A DNA stretch of 21,722 nt. It comes from Pseudogymnoascus verrucosus (Eukaryota). Position numbers and translations under genes: made by a program. The notes under the pieces were generated by a model. That model worked only from the letters and a program-made list of their open reading frames with translations. It was not told the origin of the DNA and searched no databases. Within the stretch, counting starts at the first letter, position 1. Each line of letters starts with the position of its first letter. Location of the stretch: assembly GCA_001662655.1 (NCBI GenBank), contig KV460259.1; one strand, given 5' to 3'. Below are positions 1 through 11,027 of the stretch, piece after piece.

Positions 1-671
1 ATCATGGCGAAATCAAAACGCCCTCTTAAATAGTCAAAACAAACAAAGAGAAGGCATGACATCAGTGCCGTGAGGGGTGCTTGTTTTCCTTCAGATAAGG
101 ACCGGCGCAGGTGGGAGACTGCTTTCATGTATTGGTTTATAGCGAACGTGGACTCGGGATTCTCGTGGCCATGTGAAATTCCTCCTAGGCGCTTATTTGT
201 GAATTCCTCGTGGAGAGCAGCGATTGCTATGACGGCATGGCGTAGCGATGGTTCGGCCGCGCTTGCTTGGAGGATGAGGTATTCCCAGAACGACGACGTG
301 TAATAGCCCGTGAGCTCCCTTGCAGTATTCGTGAAGAAATATTGAAATCCGCGTTTCTCTTGTGTAGTGCCTGGAATTCGCACGAGGACTCGATGGATTA
401 TGGCGGCGGCTGCTTGCTGATCGTGTGCGTTCGAGGGAAGGATATCGGAGACATAGCCGTCGCATTTTCGACCTGTGCTAATGCAGCGCTGGCATGTGGG
501 TTTGGATTCATCGCATTTGACTCGTCTGATCCTGTGTATGCATATATTAGTACTGTAGAGTGCCAGATGCAGAGGGGTTGAGAAGGAAGCCTACTTGCAT
601 GTCTTGCATCCAGTCTTAGAATTGGAAGTGCGTCGTCGTCGTTGTCGCGCGGGGACTAATGCTTCCGTCAT
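1..671 (-). CDS. Zn(II)2Cys6 fungal transcription factor, 5' part only (runs off the window start). Exons 671-595 and 531-<1
   Basis: Manual translation from ATG 671: MTEALVPARQRRRRTSNSKTGCKTC-K, then intron 594-532 (GTAGGC...TACTAAT...CAG), then IRRVKCDESKPTCQRCISTGRKCDGY. This gives a complete C-x2-C-x6-C-x6-C-x2-C-x6-C cluster. The frame stays open to base 1 and includes FWEYLILQASAAEPSLRHAVIAIAALHE, typical of the fungal-specific TF middle region. Not present in the ORF track. Confidence 0.93.
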
Positions 672-1295
672 AGTTAAAAGCCACAGACTACAATACGGAA
701 AGGGATATAGGAAATAGCCATAATGAGAGAAGCCTGCGCGGAACCTAGGAATTGTTCATTACGCTAATTGCTACCTTGTATAGTATGTACGTGTGCAGCG
801 ATCGTTTCAATGCTGAAAACCGAGCCGCCTTGGACCCTGGTACCCGCCTGGCTGTTTGTCTATTTTGGGCATTGGAGTAAATATTACGAACGAACGAATC
901 ATAAGAGTCGGTTGATGATTATGTAAGAAAATTTATAGTTATGGATATCAGATCCACAACGTCAGATCCTCAAGTTCTCCACACAGACACCGTAGACTGC
1001 CTTGTACTAACCACAAAATTCTCTTGATATCTGTAAAAATGTGCTTAACTAATGCTTCAGCCTCGATTTACCCCCTGCTCGCGTTACGTGCTTATGCTAC
1101 GGAACACTCGTTTCGTCGTAGTCGTCGTCGTCCTCATCTTCGTTCTTTCACACTAATGATGTGCTTGTGTGTAGGTAACGCATATACTCTCTACAGTATA
1201 TAAGTTTTCTCCTTCCCCCATAATGGCTTTACCTTCAGAGCAAATATCTTACAATATCTGGCTCTAATTTGTACTCATACTTTTCGTTTCCAGCA
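672..1295. promoter_or_regulatory. Divergent intergenic/promoter region shared by the Zn2Cys6 TF (-) and the RTA1-like gene (+)
   Basis: Head-to-head start codons are 624 nt apart. A TATA-like TATATAAG lies at ~1197-1204, followed by a pyrimidine-rich tract before the RTA1 ATG. Confidence 0.55.
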
Positions 1296-2694
1296 ATGTT
1301 CCTTCTTAATCAGAAAAACAGGTCCACCAGTGTCCTGATCGCTTTGGTTTTGGCGGCTGGCTCCGCTGCCCTTAGTTTTCAGGCGACACAAACAGATGCT
1401 CCCACTGTTCTTCCCACTCCTATTACTACTTTTGTCACTACTCTGGTTCCTCGTACTCAGTTTATTACAATCGACCCCATCACCCTTCCGGACGAGACAG
1501 TTGCAGCTAAAACCATCACACTCGATATCCCCGAGTGCAGCCCAACAATCGCGCCAGATTCAAATGGATATGTTCCTCCAGGCAACTGCAATGCCCAATA
1601 TAACTATTACCCGTCTTTTGCTGCTGCGCTCGTTGCCACCATCTTTTTTGGCGTCGTTACATTTGTTCACATCGCCGAGGGTATCAAGTATAAGAAGGTT
1701 AGTCTTCCGAATAATTGTTGGAATTTTAGCTAACAAAGTTTTCCATCGAAAGGGGTTCTATTGGGTCATCATCATGGGGTCAATTTGGGAGTTTGGTTCT
1801 TACGCTACGAGGACAATAAGTACGCGGTACCAACAGAATTCAGGTCTAGCACTTATTTCTCAAATTCTCATTCTCCTCGCGCCGATATGTAGGTAGCATC
1901 CTGTCTCCCTTTGCGCACATCCCATTTTAACGCTCGCAAGTTATCAACGCATACGCCTACACCATTCTTGGGCGAATGGCGCACTTCTACCTTCCTTCAT
2001 TCTCCATCCTTGGCGTTAGGCTCTACAACCTGACACTGTGGTTCGTCTTTGCCGATATCGCTTGCTTTGTAGTTCAGCTTATTGGAGGTGCCCAAGCAAC
2101 GAATAATTCCCCACGAGACCAAGCTCTGAGAGGAATTCGCATCTACATGGCGGGCATTTCCCTTCAAGAGTCCTTCATTATAGTGTTTGTTGGCTTTGCG
2201 GCGGCCTTCCACATTCGGCTATTAAAGGCAGAGAAAACTGGTCAGTTTGAGACGACGGGGAAGAAAGACTGGAGGAGGCTTCTTTATACAATCTATATGA
2301 GCTTGCTGCTTATCACTGTATGTACTCCGAAATTCAATTTCCGTTCGTTTTTTGCTATCTAATTTCTAGCCTCGCCTCATATCAAGAAGGCTAACACTAT
2401 TCGTGAACTTAGATCCGAATCATCTTCCGTCTCATTGAATTCGCTGGCGGCAACGACGACTCCAACCCGCTCCCTCGACGTGAAATATATTTCTACTTGT
2501 TCGATGCGATTCCAATGTTCCTCGCCATCTTAATCATGGCAATCACGCCCCCGAGCCTCACGCTGGTGGGACCAGATTCCGTTATCCCGAAGGCTATGTG
2601 GAGGCAAAGATGGGCGATGAGGAAACAAGAGAAAGTAAGAGCGTTAAAATCCAGTGGAGACCGGAGTGGCTTTGAGTTACTACGATCTAGCTAG
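1296..2694 (+). CDS. RTA1-like (lipid-translocating exporter family) multi-pass membrane protein. Exons 1296-1697, 1753-1888, 1941-2317, 2413-2694
   Basis: Three GT-AG introns (1698-1752, 1889-1940, 2318-2412) join four ORF fragments in frame. Motifs: YNYYPSFAAA, LAPIFINAYAYTILGRM, FVFADIACFVVQLIGG, GISLQESFI, IRIIFRLIEF, EIYFYLFDAIPM. All are characteristic of the RTA1 family. Confidence 0.92.
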
Positions 2695-2724
2695 TCCATA
2701 AAACTTTCTCTAAATGTATTTTTT

Positions 2725-4530
2725 TTAAATAGGTCGTCGACGGAACTGCAACATCGGTCCATCTTTTATAGAGATATAGGCGTCCTTCAGAGTAATATGA
2801 TCTTTACTTCTCATTCCCCATCCAAGTTCTATAGCACCTGCACCCAGAGTATCCCCAGGGGCGAGTCGAACGTCCATCCGATGTAGCGTCTTCGCAAAAG
2901 TGATAAGGAGCTCTCCCATGGCGAATTTCTGCCCCACACAATTCCCCTGCCCAATAGTGAATGGGTTGAAGCAAGACTGGGCTCGGGCGACATCTTCTGT
3001 GGTCACACCTGTTACAGAGTCCGTGAGCCACCGTTCGGGCCTATAGACCCAAGGGTCGCCATAGAACTCCTGGTTATGCATAATTGTCCACGTAGCAACT
3101 CCCACATGAGTGCCTTCCGGAATGAGATGGCCTGCGATATCAAGCCCTCCTGGCAATACTTCCCGAGCTAGCTCTGACGTTCCAGCTGGCGAGAGCCGGA
3201 GCGTCTCATCTACACAAGCAAGCAGATATTTGCAGGTTATGAGTGCTGGTCCGGTTTTTATATCATCTGCGGATTTAAATGTTGTGCGAATCTCCTTCAC
3301 AAGCTTGTCATATACCCTCGGGTGCCTAGTGAGGTAGAACCAAAAGCCGGTCATAATCGTTGATGTAGTGTCCGAGCCCCCAATAATAAGCAGGTTTGCT
3401 TCCGAATTCAGCTCGTCAACAGAATATGCTGGATTCCCGGCATCATCTGTCGCCTTGAAGAGATAGTGAAACATGTCTTTCCGGCCCTGACTCTCATCGG
3501 CACCAGATTTTTCTAGATTTTCTTCCTCTCTCCGTCTTTTAGCAACACTTTCATCCACGAATTTATAATAATCTTTGACGTTTTTCGGAGACGCAATCTC
3601 TAAAACACCGTCAAGGCCTCTCGGTTTCAGCCAAACCCACAACGCCAAGATAGGAGATTGAGTGATCTAAGTTTTGTTAGCACAGGATGGAACTATACGT
3701 TTTAAGACCTTCTTACTGGATACATAAACCGCATGTAGTCAGCAATGGTATGTGGCATGTGTTTGAATTGGTTCTCTTCCGCCTCTTTGAGGTTGAACGA
3801 GGTTCCAAAACACAAGTCGCCCATAATATCGAAGACGAGATAGTCTGATAAATCTGACATATTTTTGGGAACTGTCCATCCCTTGCCATCATTCTCGTTG
3901 ATAATTAGCTCAGTCCAGCGATCAACGTGCTTCACGACAAAGGTTTCGGCGGACCGTATCGCCTTTTCGGAGAATGCCGAATTTAAGACCCGTCTTTTGC
4001 GTGCGTGGGCTATTTTATCGACCTTGGTCAAAGTGTTAATATACTGTGGGTTGCGTGACCAGATTTCGTAGAATTTCCCTTTTTTGGTATTGGCTTTCGT
4101 TTGATATATAGCGCGATAAGCAGTTGGGGAATTAAACAGAACGCCATCTGGTTTGAAGCGGAATGCCTCGCCTGTGTAGAATGTCAGACTAGATAGGATA
4201 AGTGCAGAAGGGTAATCCCTTACCGTAGATCTCGTGGCATTGCCAAATCCAAATATGCCGATAGCCGGTGGTGGCATAGTAGAAATTTGGCCATGCTGAA
4301 ATTTTTGCAAGAAATGGGCCTGGGTATCTCGCCAATGGGCTGAAATAGAGATTGTAAATGGCCGATGCAATGAACTGAGGTGGTTGACGTTATTAGCCAC
4401 GGCCACTTTAAATCATTTCGTATCGCCCAGAACCTACATAGGCAAAGAAAATCACACAGCCGATACCGAGGTAAGATAACCACCCATACCTGGCGGTATC
4501 AATTATTGAGATGGCCATCGTGTCTGTCAT
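2725..4530 (-). CDS. Cytochrome P450 monooxygenase (~546 aa). Exons 4530-4438, 4374-4224, 4171-3717, 3666-2725
   Basis: N-terminal membrane anchor, PLARYPGPFLAKIS hinge, I-helix IIGGSDTT, K-helix ETLR, PERW and heme-Cys motif PFTIGQGNCVG. Three GT-AG introns (4437-4375, 4223-4172, 3716-3667) have branch sites and restore one frame. Alternative start at ATG 4518. Substrate cannot be called from sequence. Confidence 0.95.
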
Positions 4531-6311
4531 CAGACGCTGTATTTCACAACTAGATGGGTAGTGTTCACGGGACAAAGGTAAGAGTATACGATGGATTTGC
4601 GGGAAGATGGAAATAAATCAGAAGAAATGAGGGGATGGAGAGAAAGAAGTAGGAAGGGGGAGATTTGAGATAACAGAGAAGAAAGAGAGAGCAAGGAGAC
4701 GCCGGAGTCTAAGATATAACCCCTTAGGTGCTACCAAGGCTAAAGCAGGCTTTGGAAAGTAAGACATCCACCCTACGCTCTCGGAATTTGACGTGAATGG
4801 CCTCAAATCCTTCGCAACCATATTTGGCATGAAAGTAAGCCAGTTACATCAAATCCAGGACCGTAGGATTCGACGTGAATGAGGTAGGCTCACGTCACTC
4901 AGTTCTGTGCTGACGAGTGAGACAGGGCCTATTATTATACCTGTAAGCAGCACTAGCAAGGATTCCTGACCAATTGTGCCGCTTATAGTGACTTACGGTG
5001 CAAAGTATGGAGATTCGTTTCTCGGTTTCACAGCAAGAATGTTCAACGTACTTGGAGATTAGATGAAGTGTAGCAAACTGAGCCATGGGTGCATATTCTT
5101 CTGGTAGCGATTATTGCGGAAATTGACTTCTGTTTTAGACTTGCATGGCGGCCTTGTCACGACAAGTCGTTTAATCAGTGCCAAATATTAAGAAAGCCAT
5201 TACGTATAAGGTAGCTGGCTTCCAGCGATTCTGGCAAGCGGTTTCTTGGTGTTTAATGGGCGCGAATGTCTCTGCTTAAATTTGTTGAAGCTTGCCAGAT
5301 ACTGTAAGGGTCCAGTTGTCGCTTGTGGCAGGGGTGACGTGCTGACATTCGCCGCCCAGAGATATAACTCCACAGCCCCGTTAGCTGCCAAACACTGACA
5401 GGCCGAGCTCAACTTCCCTGTAAACAGCGACGACACTCGCACCCAACCTTGGCGGGTTAAATCTCTCCAAGCTTCGTACCATTAATTATACAAAATAACT
5501 CACTGGGCATTATTATAATGCAAATGGCACAGAAAGACCCACCAAACATCAATACATACGCCTAGTTTCACATGGTATGCGCAAAGACCGTGCCTCGGTA
5601 TGCGGTTTCCCCCTTGGCAACTTTTCCCCGCGTCCTAGTTTGGCGCCGTCAACCCCACAATTGCGACCAAGAACCTTGTCCGGCGGATGATGACTCGAGT
5701 AGAACAGCTCTATTACAAGACCCTCCTTCCCATTTTAGAAGCTAGGCCCTTAGCGGCCTGAGGCGTGTTTTCGATACAGCTGCTTGGCTTGCTGCAGGTC
5801 ATTCAATATGGATTTGAGGATTTGAGAGACGGGAAGTCTGCTTGGAGGCGTCGAGAGTCAGGTCATTATCAAGTCGACACGGCTGCCACCAAGGAACGTC
5901 TCGTATCCCCATCGCACTTGCAACGACATGATACGCTGTGAAAGGTGCAAGTCTTGGGGATAATACGGATAGCGCCTGGTACAGAGGAATGTGGACCTGA
6001 TGATCGCTTGAGTGACGATAAGTTAGCATGAGCGGGAGGCAATCTTTACCCCATTGTGGGGTAGTGGCAGATCTCGACACTAATTTTGTGGGGATTCCGG
6101 GATAAATTCGCGGGGATGCGGTCTCAATCGCTAAACTCGACGTTTTGAGGCCCATCAGGGGACCGTGGATGACTTAGTGTCTATCACAGGCAATATTTTG
6201 AATGTGTGAGAGAGTTATGCCTTGCCGATCCGGGTTCTCTCCATATATACGCCATGGCTGCCCTATCTGTTGTCCACTGGTTTCTTTTCGGATCTGTCTC
6301 AATCCGTTACA
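4531..6311. promoter_or_regulatory. Divergent intergenic/promoter region shared by the P450 (-) and the MFS pump (+)
   Basis: Head-to-head arrangement. CT-rich tract on the minus strand at ~4600-4700 before the P450 ATG. Clustered GACGTGA (4790-4897) and SYGGGG (6056-6115) motifs. Confidence 0.55.
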
Positions 6312-8161
6312 ATGTCAGCAGAAAAATCTACACAGAGCTTGGACAAACAAGTTACACCGACGGAAACTGAGCATATTGAAGTCCGTCCCATAGACTCGCC
6401 CCACGACGAGAAGTACGACAATCATGGAGCAACAGATTTGGAGACTGGAGATGGCGGGGCCTACAGCACTGCAAGTCTCTCTTACTCACCAGTCCTCAAC
6501 CGGGCCATGTCTAACACAATTTAGCATTCTGTCTCCTTTCTGATGACCGTCGTCGGCTGCTCATTTGCTCTCTGCGGCTCCCAAATCTTCCCGCTCCTCT
6601 ACCTCACTCTCACCACAACCGTTGCCAAAGAACTAAATGCCCAATCTCTCACCATATGGCTATTCACAGCAAGCTCTGTCGCCATGGGCGCCGTGGCCCC
6701 CTTCATAGGGCCCCTCGCCGACTTGATCGGCCGCAAACCCCTCTTTATTATTGGGCTGCTGCTATCCGTCGTGGGCGCAATAGTTTGTGCCGTCACGCCT
6801 AACGCCCCGGGATTCATAGCGGGCCACATCCTCCTCGGCGCCGGCGCCGTGACCCAGGAACTCCTCGCCATAGCTGTCGTTTCCGAGATTGTGCCTACCT
6901 CGCGCCGTCCCTTGTACGCGGTCATTTCTCTCAGTTCCATAATTCCATGGTCTCCAGGCTCCCTATACGCAAACTGGATGGCTCAGGTGTCTTGGCGCTG
7001 GATTGGATGCACCCTCGCCCTCTGGAATGCTCTCACGCTTGCCATCCTTATGATATTCTACCAGCCTCCGCCGCGCGTTAACTCTCTTGGCCTATCCCGC
7101 CGCGAACTCATCTCCCGCATCGACTTTATCGGCGGTGCCTTGCTGACAACTGGCCTTGTCTTTGTCCTCCTCGCACTCAGCTGGGGAGGCCAACAGTATG
7201 CATGGACCTCCGCACATGTCCTATCCTTCTTGCTATTAGGATTTGCGCTCATGTTCGTCTTTGTGGCATGGGAGTTTTTTGGCACGAAGCATCCGCTCTT
7301 TCCACGCCGCATAATCAAGGCGCCACGCCCGTTCTTCTGCATGCTCTTTGTCATCTTCGCGGCGGGTGTCAACTATGTCCCACTGGTTGTGTTCTGGCCC
7401 ATCGAGGGAATCTCCGTGTTTGGCGCAGACCATCACCAGAATGGGCTCTATACCTTGCCCATCGGGATTTGCATCCTTGGAGGGGCAATCTCGTCTGCCT
7501 TCCTGCTTCACATCTTTAAAAGGCATATCACAGTGGTCATGACCATGTTCTGTGTCATGCAGACAGTTGGTGCGTTCCCCTTCACCTGTCCCTACTCAAG
7601 CCCCGCTAACACTCTCTAGCATCGGCCTCCCTCGCAGCTATCGACCCCCACAACGTCGCCACAGCTCTCCCTGCCATCTGCTTCGCGCTCCTAGGCGTCG
7701 GCGGCGTCCTCGTTCCCAACCAAGTCATCATCACTGTCCTCACTCCCCCAGACCTCCTCGCTTCCGTCACAGCCCTTACCGTCGCCTTGCGCGCCCAAAC
7801 CCAGGTTCTCGGCCTCGCCATCTTCTACAACCGCTTCGTCGCCAAGGTTACCGAGGGTGGCTACGCTCTCGTAGCCCCCGCCATGATCAAGGCGGGCGTC
7901 TACGACCCGGAAGTAATCTTTAACCTCGTGGAGGGCATGTCCGCCGTGCCGTACTCGGCGCTCGCGAAGGCCATACCCGAGCTAATGGCAGACCCGGCTG
8001 CGTATGAGGCAGTTGGAGAGGCGGCTCTGCAGTCGTTCGCGGCGGCGTTCAAATTGATTTATTATATTACGATTGCATTTGGAGCGCCGGCTTGTGTGGC
8101 GGCGGCGTTCATGGGGGATGTCGGGCAATATATGAATGAGAATGTTGCGGTTAAGCTGTGA
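6312..8161 (+). CDS. MFS transporter, TRI12 (fungal trichothecene efflux pump)-like family (~581 aa). Exons 6312-6470, 6525-7569, 7620-8161
   Basis: Many hydrophobic helices. MFS motif A (GPLADLIGRKP), WRWIG, YQPPPRVNS, RIDFIGGALL...LSWGGQQYAWTSAHVL, and a C-terminal AFKLIYYITIAFG, as in TRI12-like 14-TM pumps. Intron 1 is 6471-6524 (GC-AG). Intron 2 is 7570-7619 (GTGCGT...GCTAAC...TAG). Confidence 0.92.
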
Positions 8162-8480
8162 GCACCTGGCGGGACCGGAAGGAGATATTTTGTCACTTAT
8201 TAGTTTCGAAGTACTGGAATCTAGTATGCTATCTGAACCTCAAATCTGGTGAAACACTTTCGGGATCTAGATTTTAACGTGAACCCTCCAAAAGCATGAC
8301 AGCCCAGGCATGAAAGGGGCTCACTCGGGACGGATAACCATCTAAGCCTCCGAACTTCCCAATGCCCCAATTGCACGATATCGCCATCACTCGAGACCAA
8401 ACTTACACGCCAAAAATGGCGTTGCTGAAAAATAAATTATCCATTAAACAATCTAAAAGTTGTATTTGAATACTCATTTT

Positions 8481-8545
8481 CTCAGTCTCTTACTACCAGT
8501 CTTTCGGTCTCAGTCTCTCACTCTCAGTCTTAGTCTCTCTAGTGA
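8481..8545. repeat. Degenerate CAGTCT/CT-rich simple repeat
   Basis: ctcagtctct...cagtctttcggtctcagtctctcactctcagtcttagtctctctag. Confidence 0.5.
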
Positions 8546-9223
8546 CTCGTCTACAATCTCAGACAATGCCCCACCCCCCCAACTCCTGTAACCGCAAACA
8601 ATATGCCGTGTTGAGAATTGGTGAGATTGTTTGTTTGTGTCATTTAGAAGAGGCGCAGTTTATTTTGTCTTCCTGCTGTTTGAGCAAATTACGGTGATCT
8701 GAAGTCAAATGATATCATTCTGGCATTCAGATTGATGGGGGCCAAATGAAAAGGATTCGCCAAGACATCTGTTCTACCAAACGTTAATTCCAGGTCTCTT
8801 TGACACTCGTATAAATATAAGCACTACGACCGATCAGGTATCTTACGGCGCTGAAGGCGGGTCGATCGCACCAATCTTGATTCCAGGGGTCGGCGTGGCG
8901 TTACATCAACAAATGGGAAGCTTGGGATTATTTAAAGTCTGTGGCGTTTGGGGTCTATGGCTTGGGAATTGCACTGACGTCCCCTGTCAACTTGCTCATC
9001 TCGCCAGCCTCAGGGCCACCTCGTCACTTCCCTCTTGAGGTTTAATAATCCTGTTCCCGCGCCCTTAATGTTGCGCAAGCTCTTGAGTAAACCTCCGGGT
9101 ATTCGAGATCGAAAAGCCTCGACAAGGAATACGCTCTCTATTCAGCCAGTTACGGCTTACGATTTTAGTCATCTTTGAACCCCCAGATCGAGGAGCTCAG
9201 TTATCACACTGCTATCTATCAAT

Positions 9224-10858
9224 ATGGCTTCTACCCAAAACGAAACACGAACTCGGAGATCATTGGGACGGTCCAAGGGGACTTGCTTAAGCTGCCGGCA
9301 GAGGCACATAAAGGTAAAATCCCCCGTATCCCCTTTTGGGGCGAAGCCTAGCCGTTGCCATGCGGAGAATATGGCTATGACCCCGGTCGACCGAACAGTC
9401 GGGCCCATTTACCAGGCAGTAGCTGCCATTCCACCCATGTCTCCTGCAGCACAAAACTAAGCATGTTATAGTGCGACGAATCCAAACCCCGGTGTACTAA
9501 ATGCGTCAAAAATTCACGTGAATGTACCTACGGGGCCACGGATCCGTCCAAAGACTGGCGGCGCAATATTGTCACATTCAATGCCTCTGAGCCCACCGAA
9601 GAAACGGGTGAAGGGTCATCATGCAAGGAGCTCAATCATTCCGCAGCCTTTAGCAGTGGGTCGAGAGCCATGGTGCCGAGGAATGCTTCTCCATCATTTA
9701 GCCTCCCAGCACAACTCCCTATACTGATGGGAGAAGGCTACAGCATACGGGATGTTCAGGCTTTGTCTCATTTTGTTGAGTTTACCGGTAATGACCTTAT
9801 TGGAAGTCATTTCCTCAAAAGTCTGTGGACACAAGGCGGAATACAGCTAGCATTTAACGTATAGAAGCCCTGTACAGCCCCTCACGGTTCTACGCAGCAA
9901 CTAACATATGTCGCAGAATGATTTTCTCATGCACGCCGTTCTCATGACCAGCTCTACTCAGCTTCAACGCCTCAATCCCGCTTCCTACGAAGAGCACAGG
10001 ATCGAGTCCAACAAGCACCTCCAGGCATCCCTCCGTTCCTTCCGCGGTGCCATCAGCAGCCCAACCTACGTCACCAATAACTTCGAGGCTGTCCTAGCTA
10101 CAACCTTCCTCTTCCTCATGCACTCGGGTAGTAATCCCACCTTCGACCCGTCACAGCCCGGCATGGATGGTTTTCTCCAGCATGCCTGCGGTCTCTACGA
10201 TATCGTTCGCTACAACCCAGCCTGTGTGCCCCGCAGCCCTTTCGCCCCTCTCTGCACGCCAATGCTGCTACCAGACATCTCTCCTGATAGTGGGCCCGGC
10301 TACGATCTCTCTCTCATGATTAAAACGACGAATCCTCATTATGCAAACTCCGATTTCGGGTCCTATGAGTCAATAATAAATAGTTTGACGCCCATCCTTG
10401 AGATTGTGGAATCAGAACTACCATTCGGCGGTGCTTCCCCGGACGCGCTGGTGCTCTATCTCGTCCACTGGCTGTCATTCCTACCAAGCGAGTTTGTCAT
10501 CCTGGCAAACTCGCATCAGCCAAAGGCGCTGGTTATCATGGCGCACTACTACGCTGCGTTGGCGTTTGTGTTGGCGAAATGGCACAAGGGATGGTGGTGG
10601 CTGCGCGAGCGGCCGGTTTTTATGATTGAGCAGACGGATGCGTTCCTTGGCGAGGACTGGGAGGTATGGATGAAGTGGCCTATTTCGGTGCTGAAGATGT
10701 GTGAAGAAGAAAATGGGCACTGGGGACGTGCTGTCGCTGCAGACAGGTTTGATGAAGTGGGAGTTGAGGAGGAGATGGGGGTTTTGTTGTCGGCAGACTT
10801 TCATCCGTGCAAGTTGGGAGACGAGTCTTGGGCGAGAAAGATAGCTTCATATCGTTAG
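9224..10858 (+). CDS. Zn(II)2Cys6 transcription factor with an Upc2/Ecm22-like C-terminal region (~472 aa). Exons 9224-9313, 9472-9858, 9917-10858
   Basis: Splicing intron 9314-9471 yields [28 protein letters not shown], a complete six-Cys cluster. Intron 9859-9916 (GTATAG...CTAAC...CAG) joins GIQLAFN to NDFLMHAVL. The C-terminal FVILANSHQPKALVIMAHYYA...WWW...W..WMKWP pattern matches the Upc2-like C6 class. Orthology to Upc2 is not claimed. Confidence 0.92.
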
Positions 10859-11027
10859 ATTTTGTTACACTTTTAAGGTTATAGTTTTGAAGCACTTTTA
10901 GATACGAAATTATGACAATGTTTTTCATATTTATTTAGCTCATTATGTGTCTATAAACGTTTTCTAGCTTTAGATTCTATCAGACTCCCCAAGAAATATC
11001 TCCAATGTAAACGACTAACATATATAC

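Noticed and set aside
70..581. ORFs 70-303 (+), 193-465 (-) and 267-581 (+)
   Set aside because: Antisense or out-of-frame shadows of the spliced Zn2Cys6 gene on the minus strand.
1156..1295. Possible extra upstream coding exon for RTA1 (ATGATGTGCTTGTGTGTAG/GTAACG...CAG, in frame)
   Set aside because: The same bases also read as an intron 3' end, and a TATA-like box lies inside the supposed intron. It cannot be resolved without transcripts, so ATG 1296 was kept.
5448..5788. Three PacC-type GCCAAG sites on the minus strand
   Set aside because: Close to chance expectation for a 6-mer in a 1.8-kb intergenic region.
4618..6155. Short ORFs in the P450-MFS intergenic region
   Set aside because: No motifs, splice pattern or codon bias; consistent with chance ORFs in promoter DNA.
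8807..8813. TCGTATA (Upc2/Ecm22 sterol regulatory element) upstream of the Upc2-like TF; also at 4585-4591 (minus) and ~12424
   Set aside because: Two to three hits of a 7-mer are expected by chance in 21.7 kb on both strands. One hit is probably in a 5' UTR and one is downstream of an unrelated gene. Autoregulation is unsupported without conservation data.
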